From an uncultured Actinomycetes bacterium (GTDB lineage: Bacteria; Actinomycetota; Acidimicrobiia; IMCC26256; JANYLB01), in NCBI GenBank assembly GCA_963837715.1, contig CAWIOF010000004.1:1222552-1286551 (forward strand): a stretch of DNA of 64,000 nucleotides, in the 5' to 3' direction. A model generated the notes under the pieces. That model was not told the origin of the DNA. It saw nothing but the letters and a program-made list of their open reading frames with translations, and searched no databases. The position numbers and the translations under genes were made by a program. Shown one piece after another: positions 55,677-63,299 of the stretch. Position 1 is the first letter of the stretch. Every line of letters begins with the position of its first letter.

Positions 55677-56689
55677 GAGCCTTGCAGGTCGGGCCCAGGC
55701 TCTGCGTGGTCCCGCTCCGGAAACTCGACCGCAGCGGTCGGGTCGACGGCGAGGCGGACGGAGTCGCCGGGCGCAGGGACGTCGTCGCCCGTCGCGGCGA
55801 CCTCGTATCGGACGCCGTCGGCCCCCGACACGGTGAGGAGGAAGTGGTCACGGCGAAAGGTTCGGGCGACGACGGTGCCCGGAATAGGGCCGTCGGGGTC
55901 GACGCGGAGGCCGTCGGGTCGGGTGAGGATCCGGCGGCCACCGGTCGTCACGGTGTTGACGAAGCCGAGGAACCGCGCGGTGAACTCGGTCCCCGGGTGC
56001 TGCCACACCTGCTCGGGGAGGCCGTCCCGCTCGATGCGCCCGTTCCGCATGATGACCACGCGGTCGGCGACCGCGAAGGCTTCGTCGTGATCGTGGGTCA
56101 CGAACACCGCGGTGAGTCCCAGCTCGACGAAGAGGGTTCGCAGCTCCACCATGAGGCGGTCGCGCAGCTCCCGGTCGAGCGACCCGAGCGGTTCGTCGAG
56201 CATGAGCAGGCGCGGCTCCGGCGCGAGGGCACGCGCGAGCGCGACCCGCTGTTGCTCGCCTCCGGACAGCTCGTGCACCCGGCGGCGTTCGAACCCGGCC
56301 AGACCGACCCGACCCAGTGCCGCAGCCGCCCGCTGCTCGACCTCGGCGCGCGGCCGTCGTTGCATGCGCAGGCCGAAGCCGACGTTGTCGATCACGTTGC
56401 GATGGGGGAAGAGGGCGTGATCCTGGAACATCAGCCCGAACCGTCGTCGGTGGGCGGGAACCTGCGTGAGGTCGTCGTCGGACCAGGTAACGGTGCCCGC
56501 GGCCGAGGGTTCGAGACCGGCGACGACCCGGAGCAGGGTGCTCTTCCCGCTCCCGCTCGGGCCGAGCACGCTCACCACCGACCCCGCGACGACGTCGAGA
56601 TCAACCCCATCGAGCGCGACGACGTCGCCGTACGCCATCGTGAGGCCGCGGGTCCGGAGCCCCGGTGTCGCCACGATCCGCTCGCTCAC
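55673..56689 (-). CDS. ABC transporter ATP-binding protein (thiamine/iron-type importer, with C-terminal TOBE-like extension)
   Basis: Walker A GPSGSGKST, signature LSGGEQQR, Walker B LLMLDEP. The GTG overlaps the permease stop. Confidence 0.9.
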   Translation of the reverse strand: MSERIVATPGLRTRGLTMAYGDVVALDGVDLDVVAGSVVSVLGPSGSGKSTLLRVVAGLEPSAAGTVTWSDDDLTQVPAHRRRFGLMFQDHALFPHRNVIDNVGFGLRMQRRPRAEVEQRAAAALGRVGLAGFERRRVHELSGGEQQRVALARALAPEPRLLMLDEPLGSLDRELRDRLMVELRTLFVELGLTAVFVTHDHDEAFAVADRVVIMRNGRIERDGLPEQVWQHPGTEFTARFLGFVNTVTTGGRRILTRPDGLRVDPDGPIPGTVVARTFRRDHFLLTVSGADGVRYEVAATGDDVPAPGDSVRLAVDPTAAVEFPERDHAEPGPDLQGS

Positions 56690-58371
56690 CGTTCACCGGT
56701 CCCGGGGGCGTGGAACCGTTCGATGAGCAGCACCGCCGTCGCCGTGAGCGCCATGAGGATCACGCTGGCGGCCATCGCGGCCCCGAAGGTGGTCGTGCCG
56801 GGTCGGCCGAGCAGGCGGTAGATCACCACCGGCAGGGTGGGCCGGTCCGGGCGGGCGATGAACGCGGTCGCGCCGAACTCGCCGAGCGAGATCGCGAACG
56901 CGAAGCCCGCCGCGACCGCGACGGCTCGGGCACCGATGCGCAGGTCGACCTCGCGCCACACCCGGGTCGGCGGTGCCCCGAGCACCGCGGCCGCATCGCG
57001 CAACCGGGGGTCGATCGAGCGGAGCACCGGTGTCATCGTGCGGATCACGAACGGTGTGGCCACGAGCGCGTGCGCGATCGGCACCAGCCACCACGACGTC
57101 CGCAGGTCGAGGGGTGGCGCATCGAGCGCGATGAGGAACCCGAACCCGACGGTGACCGCCGAGACGCCCAGCGGCAGGGCGAGCAGCCCGTCGAGCCCGC
57201 GCGCGAACCGGCCGCCATGACGTTCCCGGGAGACGATCACCACGGCCGCGATCCCGCCGATCACCAGCGCGATCACCGTGGCGACGACCGCGTAGCTCAA
57301 CGAGTTCCGGATGGCCTCGGCGGGCGCGACGAGGAACGTGCTCCCCGTGCCCACGTCGCCGAGCGCGCGGTAGAAGCCGAAGCTGGGCCCGCCGGGGGTG
57401 GCGAACGACCGTTGGACGAGCACCGCGATCGGCAGTGCGAGGAGCACCGCCATCAGCGCGAGGTTGCCGACGACGAACGCGGTCGGGCCGACACCGTGGG
57501 GTCGACGACCGGTCGTGGTTGCCGGCCGGAGTCCGAGTGCGACCGCGTGGCGGCCCCGGGCCAGGCCGCCGATCCCGAGCAGGACCACGACGGCGGCGAG
57601 CTGGATGATCGACAGCGCGGCCGCGACGCGGAGATCGAGCAACAGTGCGGTCTGGCGGTAGATCTCCGTCTCGAGGGTGGCGAAGCGCGGCCCACCGAGC
57701 ACGAGGATCACCCCGAAGCTGGTGAACGTGAAGAGGAACACGATCGCGGCCGCGGCCGCGATCGCGGGCCGGAGCGCCGGCAGCGTCACGTGGAGGAACA
57801 CCCGGGTCCGGCTCGCGCCGAGGGTGCGGGCAGCCTCCTCGCGCCGCGGATCGAGGTGCGACCAGAGGCCGCCGACCGTCCGGACCACGACCGCGTAGTT
57901 GAAGAACACGTGGGCCAGGAGGATCGCCCAGACGGTGCCGTCGATCCCCAGGAACGCGAGCGGTCCACCGGGGCCGAGGAGCGCGAGGAACGCCGACCCG
58001 ACGACCACCGTCGGCAGCACGAACGGCACGATGATCGCCGCGTGCAGGAACCGTCGGCCGGGGAAGTCGTACCGGGCGAAGAGGCACGCGCCCGGGAGAC
58101 CGATCGCGAGGGTCAGGGTCGTCGACGCGACGGCCTGCCAGACCGTGAACCACGCGACCCCCCGGATGCCGCCGTCTCCGACGACGTCGCTGACCGCACC
58201 GAGATCCAGCGATCCGTGCGACCACAATCCGCGACCCAGGATCGTCCCGACGGGGTAGAGGAAGAAGATCCCCAGGAACGCGAGCGGGACGAGGGCGAGC
58301 AGGAGCCACCACCCGGCCGAGGCCCGTCGGGTCAGCGGTCGTCGGGTCAGCGGAGGACCGTGTCGGTCCAC
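56686..58371 (-). CDS. ABC importer permease with duplicated transmembrane domain (ThiP-like)
   Basis: Real part of ORF 56686..58989. Two EAA-type loops (EEAARTLGASR and RDAAAVLGAPP). GTG 58371 is the first plausible start and overlaps the binding-protein gene by 25 nt. Confidence 0.85.
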   Translation of the reverse strand: MDRHGPPLTRRPLTRRASAGWWLLLALVPLAFLGIFFLYPVGTILGRGLWSHGSLDLGAVSDVVGDGGIRGVAWFTVWQAVASTTLTLAIGLPGACLFARYDFPGRRFLHAAIIVPFVLPTVVVGSAFLALLGPGGPLAFLGIDGTVWAILLAHVFFNYAVVVRTVGGLWSHLDPRREEAARTLGASRTRVFLHVTLPALRPAIAAAAAIVFLFTFTSFGVILVLGGPRFATLETEIYRQTALLLDLRVAAALSIIQLAAVVVLLGIGGLARGRHAVALGLRPATTTGRRPHGVGPTAFVVGNLALMAVLLALPIAVLVQRSFATPGGPSFGFYRALGDVGTGSTFLVAPAEAIRNSLSYAVVATVIALVIGGIAAVVIVSRERHGGRFARGLDGLLALPLGVSAVTVGFGFLIALDAPPLDLRTSWWLVPIAHALVATPFVIRTMTPVLRSIDPRLRDAAAVLGAPPTRVWREVDLRIGARAVAVAAGFAFAISLGEFGATAFIARPDRPTLPVVIYRLLGRPGTTTFGAAMAASVILMALTATAVLLIERFHAPGTGER

Positions 58372-59387
58372 TGGTCGATCCAGGTGGCGCGGTTGCGTGC
58401 GATGCGGGCCGGCGCGATCTCGAAGGGATCCGTGGGAACGGGCGCGTAGCGGGCCCACGACTCCGGCACCGTCACGCCCTCGCGCACCGGGTACACGTAC
58501 ATCTGGTCGGGAACTCCGGCCTGGAACCGCGCCGACAGCATCCAGTCGACGAGCGCCCGGGCGAGCTTCGGGTGCTCCGCACCGCGCAGCACCCCCGCGA
58601 ACTCGACCTGGCGGAAACAGGTGTCGAGCACCGCGGCCGTCGGGGCTTCGGCCGGCGTCCCCTCGGTCACGCCGGCCGGCGGGCTCGACGCGTACGACAC
58701 GACGAGCGGGAAGGTGCCACCCTGGCCACCGCCTGCGAAGTCGCTGAAGTACGCCTGTTCCCACCCGTCGTCGACCTTGACGCCGTTGTCTCGGAGTTTC
58801 GTCCAGTAGTCGCGCCAATCGTCGCCGTACTTCGCGACGGTGGCGAGGAGGAACGCGAGCCCGGGTGAGCTGCTCGCGGCGTTCTCGACGACGAGCATCC
58901 CTTCGTAGGCCGGCTGCACGAGGTCGTCGAGCGAGGCGGGGGCCGGGATCCCTCGATCGGCGAGGGCGGCGCGGTCGTAGTTGACGCACACGTCGCCGAA
59001 GTCGATCGGGGTCAGCTCGTGGGTCGGGTCGAGCTGGTACTCCGCGGGAACCGAGTCGAGGCCGGCCGGTTCGTACGGCTCGAACACGTTCGCGTCGGTG
59101 GCGCGGGACAGAAAGGTGTTGTCGACCCCGAACATGGCGTCGCCGAGCGGCTCACCCTTGGTGAGGACGACCTGGTTGAGCGCGCTCGCGGCGTCGCCCG
59201 ACTTCAGGATCTTCACGTCGACGTCGTGGGCCCGTTCGAACGCCGCGAGGTCGGACTTCGCGACGGCGAAGGAGTCGTGGGTCACGAGCGTGACCGTGCG
59301 TGCGCTGCTCGAGTCGGAGCTGCTGCACGCGACCAACGCGGTTCCGGCGAGCACCGCCGCGAGGGTGAGGCTGAGGAATCGCTGCAT
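58347..59387 (-). CDS. ABC transporter substrate-binding lipoprotein, thiamine-binding (ThiB/TbpA)-like
   Basis: Lipobox LVACSS. The size and fold pattern match type-II SBPs. The thiamine assignment rests mainly on the upstream TPP riboswitch and the thiN gene. Confidence 0.8.
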   Translation of the reverse strand: MQRFLSLTLAAVLAGTALVACSSSDSSSARTVTLVTHDSFAVAKSDLAAFERAHDVDVKILKSGDAASALNQVVLTKGEPLGDAMFGVDNTFLSRATDANVFEPYEPAGLDSVPAEYQLDPTHELTPIDFGDVCVNYDRAALADRGIPAPASLDDLVQPAYEGMLVVENAASSSPGLAFLLATVAKYGDDWRDYWTKLRDNGVKVDDGWEQAYFSDFAGGGQGGTFPLVVSYASSPPAGVTEGTPAEAPTAAVLDTCFRQVEFAGVLRGAEHPKLARALVDWMLSARFQAGVPDQMYVYPVREGVTVPESWARYAPVPTDPFEIAPARIARNRATWIDQWTDTVLR

Positions 59388-59388
59388 A

Positions 59389-60055
59389 TCAGGGTTGCTC
59401 CGGGATCGCGTCGGGACGCACCACGAGGAGCACGCCGTCGGTCAGGGCGACGCGTGCCGTCGGCGCGTCGAACTCGTTGCTGACTCCCCGGCTCGTTCCG
59501 GGGCGCAGGTCCTCGCCGTGGAGTGCCCACCGCAGACCGTGGGTGGTCACGGCGCGTGCTGGTCCACCGAGCGGCAGCAACGACACGAGCTCGCCTGGCG
59601 TGCCGGTGAACTCGGTCGCATCGCGCACGACCGTCGCGACCGCCGTGCCGGCGCGGGCCTCGATCTCGAGGTCGGCGAACTCCGGGGAGGCGAGGAGCAG
59701 CGCGTTGGCGAGGAAGTGATCGAGCCGCCCACCGCCCACCCCGACGACCACGATCCGTCGCGCGCCCCGGTTCCGTGCGGCGGCGAGCGCGAGTTCGAGA
59801 TCGGTCGCGTCCTTGTCGGACGGGTGGCGCTCCACGGCGCTGCCGGCGGCGACCGCGGCTTCGAGGTCGCGCGGGCTCGACCGAGTCGAGGTCGCCGACG
59901 ACCACGTCGACCACGAGTCCCGCGGCGACCGCGTGTCGGAGACCGGAATCGGCCGCGACGAGGATCGAACCGGTCGGGAGATCAGCGAGGGTCCCGCGGG
60001 CGGGCGCGTCACCACCGGCGAAGATCACCGCCGTCGTGTCGCGTTCGGTGCCCAT
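59389..60055 (-). pseudogene. thiN: thiamine pyrophosphokinase, frame-disrupted (or sequencing error)
   Basis: ATG 60055. VIFAGGD...VAADSG...VVGDLDSV is in ORF 59282..60055. HPSDKDATDLELAL and GVGGGRLDH are in ORF 59389..60015. There is an extra C in the run at 59873-59875; length is 3n+1. Confidence 0.85.
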
Positions 60056-60060
60056 CGGTT

Positions 60061-60148
60061 CCTCCCTGCGCCGGCATGATCCGGATCAGGTTCGAACGGT
60101 CGGTGGCTGCGTGCCACCCTCTCAGCCCGGCGCACCGGACTCCCGTGT
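60061..60148 (-). promoter_or_regulatory. TPP (THI-box) riboswitch
   Basis: The reverse strand reads ACGGGAGUCCGGUGCGCCGGGCUGAGAGGGUGGCACGCAGCCACCGACCGUUCGAACCUGAUCCGGAUCAUGCCGGCGCAGGGAGG. This carries the conserved CUGAGA and GAACCUGAUCCGGAU-AUGCCGGCG-AGGGA cores. Its 3' GGGAGG is the thiN ribosome-binding site, 6 nt before the ATG. Confidence 0.9.
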
Positions 60149-60180
60149 GAACGTGCGTACGAAACCGAGGGTAGCGCGAG

Positions 60181-60432
60181 GCCGGAGAAGCAGCGGAGCC
60201 GGCGGACAGTGGTTGCGGCTGTGGCACGGGTGGGCGGTCGAGCCGGCGGAGCGGATTCGACCGTCAGCCGGAGAGCGGTGTCGGCGGACAGTGGTTGCGG
60301 CGTCAGGGTGGGCGGTCGAGCCGGCGGAGCGGATTCGACCGTCAGGCCGGAGAAGCAGCGGTGCCGGCGGACAGTGGTTGCGGCTGTGGCACGGGTGGGC
60401 GGTCGAGCCGGCGGAGCGGATTCGACCGTCAG
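60181..60432. repeat. variant tandem array (3 units, periods 86 and 79) of the modular intergenic repeat
   Basis: Units start at 60181, 60267 and 60346. Modules Y (GCCGGAGAAGCAGCGGAGCCGGCGGAC) and X (GGTCGAGCCGGCGGAGCGGATTCGACCGTCAG) are shared with 20414-20670. The linker differs (AGTGGTTGCGGCTGTGGCACGGGTGGGC). Confidence 0.9.
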
Positions 60433-61634
60433 GGCGCGAGAGTCTCGAAGGCTTGGAGGGTGGCGGCGACCAGGACCCGGATGCCCACCTCGATGGCCCC
60501 CTCGTCGACGTCGAACGTCCCGGCGTGCAGGTCGAGCCGCGGACCGTGGCTGCTCGGATCGTGCACGCCGAGGCGCACGTACGAACCCGGGACCTGTTCG
60601 AGGTACCAGGCGAAGTCGTCGGCGCCCGCGCTCTGTTCCATGACGACCACGGCCTCGGTGCCGACGACCGACCGGGCCCCCGCCGCGAAGACCTCGGTCA
60701 TCGCCGGGTCGTTCACCACCGGAGGGACGCCGCGTTGGTGGTCGAGTTCGACGCTCGCGCCGGTGGGTCCGACGAGCTCGTCGAGCGCGGCGACGAGCGC
60801 TTCCGGAGCCCGGGCCCACGCGTCGCGGTCACGCGACCGGACCGTCCCGCGCAGCATCGCAGTCGTTGGAATCACGTTGGCCGCGTCGCCGGCGGCGATC
60901 GCGCCGAAGACGAGGTTGAGGTCGCCGACCCGTTCCCGCAGTAGCCCGGGCAGCTCGCTCACGATCCGGGCCGCGACGGTGACGAGGTCGACCGTCTGTT
61001 GCGGACGGGCGGTGTGGCCGCCGGGTCCGTGGACGGTGATCTCGACGAGGTCGGCCGCCGAGGTGATCGCACCCGGTCGCACGCCGATCACGCCGCTGTC
61101 GAGCCGGGGGTCGCAGTGGTAGCCGAAGCACGCGCCGACTCCGGCGAGACCTCCGTCGGCGATCACGTCGCGGGCACCACCGCGGGCCGACTCCTCCGCG
61201 GGTTGGAACACCAGCCGGACCCGGCCCGGCACACCTGCCGCCGTCCGCCCGAGTTGCGTGAGCGCGAGTCCAGCGCCGAGGACCACCGTCGTGTGCACGT
61301 CGTGTCCGCACGCGTGGGCGACGCCCTCGACCTGGGAGCGGTACGGGACGTCCTTGTCGTCATGCATCGCGAGCGCGTCGAGATCGGCCCGCAGCGCGAC
61401 CATCGGCCCGGCGGCGGGCCCGGCGTCGAGATCACACAGCACACCGGTCCCCCGGGTGAGGACCCGCGGCTGGAGGCCGGCGACTTGGAGGCGGCTGCTC
61501 ACCGCCGCGGTCGTTGCATGCTCCTCTCCACTCACCTCCGGGTGAGAGTGCAGCTGGCGGCGGAACGCGACCAGCTCCTCGAGGTGCGCGGCGAAGAACT
61601 CGTCGAGGAAGTGCTCGAGGGACTCGTCGGTCAC
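60429..61634 (-). CDS. M20D-family amidohydrolase (N-acyl-amino-acid / hippurate hydrolase-like)
   Basis: GTG 61634 (GTGA overlap with the upstream stop) inside ORF 60429..61994. HACGHDVH, FQPAEE and GADDFAWY motifs. Confidence 0.85.
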   Translation of the reverse strand: MTDESLEHFLDEFFAAHLEELVAFRRQLHSHPEVSGEEHATTAAVSSRLQVAGLQPRVLTRGTGVLCDLDAGPAAGPMVALRADLDALAMHDDKDVPYRSQVEGVAHACGHDVHTTVVLGAGLALTQLGRTAAGVPGRVRLVFQPAEESARGGARDVIADGGLAGVGACFGYHCDPRLDSGVIGVRPGAITSAADLVEITVHGPGGHTARPQQTVDLVTVAARIVSELPGLLRERVGDLNLVFGAIAAGDAANVIPTTAMLRGTVRSRDRDAWARAPEALVAALDELVGPTGASVELDHQRGVPPVVNDPAMTEVFAAGARSVVGTEAVVVMEQSAGADDFAWYLEQVPGSYVRLGVHDPSSHGPRLDLHAGTFDVDEGAIEVGIRVLVAATLQAFETLAP

Positions 61635-62773
61635 GGTCGCTCCGGTTGGTCGGATTCGAACTCGGCCACCAGATGGTGGACGACATCGGCGAGACCGCCA
61701 CCGCGGGCGACGACGCCCCGTTGCCGTAGGTAGCTCGGTCCGGTCTCGAGGATCGACGCGACACCGGAAAGCTCGGTCGCGCAGTCGAGCTCGACGGCCA
61801 CCGGTTCGAGCTCCGCGACGACCGCAGCCACCAGCTCGCGAGTCGGCGCGCGCGTCCCGGCTTCGTCGACGATGAGGTCGGCGTCGATTCCGTATCGGGC
61901 CGCGAGCCACTTGTTCTGTCGCATCACCCAGTCGCGTGGGACCGGCAGGTCGTCGCCGGAGTCGAGCCGTTGGTCGAACCAGGTGACGAGGCACTGCGCG
62001 AGCGCCGCGAGTGCGGTCGTCTCACGCAGTGTCGGCGCCGCGTCGCAGATGCGCAGCTCGACGGTGCCGAAGTCGGGGTGGGGACGGATGTCCCACCAGA
62101 CCTCGCGGATCGACTTGATCGCCTCGGCGTGGACCAGCGTGTGCATGAACCGTTCGAAGTCGTCCCAGTCGTCGAGGTGTGGGGGTAGCCCGGCGGTGGG
62201 CAGTCCCTCGAACACCTTCGAACGGGCCGACGCGAGCCCGGTGTCGTGGGCTTCCCAGTACGGGCTCGACGCCGAGAGCGCGAGGAAGATCGGGAGGTAC
62301 AGGGTGAGCGCATTGGCGATGGCGATGGCCTTCGCACCCGAACGGATCCCGACGTGCACGTGCATGCCGAAGATCTGGAGGCGCTGGGCCGGCCACTGCA
62401 TGTCGTCGAGCAGCGCGGCGTACCGCGGCGAGGGGCTCACGGTCTGGTCGTGCCAGCTCGAGAGCGGATGGGTTCCGGCCGAGAGCAAGGCCAGACCGTG
62501 TCGACCGGCGACTGCGGTCAACTCGTCGATCGTGCCGGCGAGGTCGGCGCGCGCTTCCTCGACCGTGTCGCAGATGCCGGTGATCACCTCGACCGTGCAC
62601 TCGAGCAGCTCGTGCTTGGCTTTCGGGTGCGCGCCGCCCGGATGTCCCCGACCCATCTCGGCGAGCAGCTGCGAACCTGCGCTCGCGAGCTCACCAGTGG
62701 AGCGGTCGACGACCATGAGCTCCATCTCGATGCCCAGTGTGGACCGCGCCGAGGAGTGGAAGGGGATCCGCAC
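61631..62773 (-). CDS. ybdK: carboxylate-amine ligase, GCS2 (YbdK) family
   Basis: GTG 62773 inside ORF 61631..62968. STLGIEMELMVVD, IFGMHVHVG and WWDIRPHPDFGTVELRICD motifs. Confidence 0.85.
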   Translation of the reverse strand: MRIPFHSSARSTLGIEMELMVVDRSTGELASAGSQLLAEMGRGHPGGAHPKAKHELLECTVEVITGICDTVEEARADLAGTIDELTAVAGRHGLALLSAGTHPLSSWHDQTVSPSPRYAALLDDMQWPAQRLQIFGMHVHVGIRSGAKAIAIANALTLYLPIFLALSASSPYWEAHDTGLASARSKVFEGLPTAGLPPHLDDWDDFERFMHTLVHAEAIKSIREVWWDIRPHPDFGTVELRICDAAPTLRETTALAALAQCLVTWFDQRLDSGDDLPVPRDWVMRQNKWLAARYGIDADLIVDEAGTRAPTRELVAAVVAELEPVAVELDCATELSGVASILETGPSYLRQRGVVARGGGLADVVHHLVAEFESDQPERP

Positions 62774-62774
62774 G

Positions 62775-63299
62775 TCAGCCTGCCAGCGCACGCACGGCGT
62801 CGGCCTGCCAGGGGTTCTCCGGCCACCCCCGTTTGCTCCGGGCCCGTTGCACCCGGTGCAGCCACTCGACGACCGTCTCGGGGTCGTGACCGAGGCGCAC
62901 GAGCGCCCCGCCGACGACGGTGCCGGTACGACCCCGGCCGGCGTGGCAGTGCACGAGCACGCCCTCACCCGCGGTGAGCGCGTCGACGACGATGTCGACC
63001 GCGGCCTCGACCTGGAAGAGCTCGACGTCGGGGTTACTGGGCCCCGATACGTACTGGTCCTGCAACTCGAACGCGTGCGACTCGAGCGGGTGGGGGTCGT
63101 AGCGGGCCGCGCTGTCGGTGAGGCACACGACGTGACGGAACCCCTCGGCGTGCAGCAGGTCCCAGTCGGCGCGGTGGGGATACGCCATCCCCGCGAGCGG
63201 GGCGGGTTCGCGCGCCGCCCACCACAGCTCGGCCGGGACTGCGAGATGGCCGATGAACCCCGGCGTGCTCCCGGGCGCGGCGAGCCGCGGCGCCGTCAT
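62775..63299 (-). CDS. dual-specificity / Cys-based protein phosphatase
   Basis: ATG 63299 (ATGA overlap with the upstream stop) inside ORF 62775..63986. CX5R P-loop VHCHAGRGRTG. Confidence 0.8.
   Translation of the reverse strand: MTAPRLAAPGSTPGFIGHLAVPAELWWAAREPAPLAGMAYPHRADWDLLHAEGFRHVVCLTDSAARYDPHPLESHAFELQDQYVSGPSNPDVELFQVEAAVDIVVDALTAGEGVLVHCHAGRGRTGTVVGGALVRLGHDPETVVEWLHRVQRARSKRGWPENPWQADAVRALAG

Noticed and set aside
2735-59880. Programmed ribosomal frameshifting or recoding as an explanation for the split genes
   Set aside because: The junctions fall in unrelated genes, share no slippery heptamer or stimulatory structure, and three occur within 80 nt of one gene. Sequence error or mutation is far more parsimonious.
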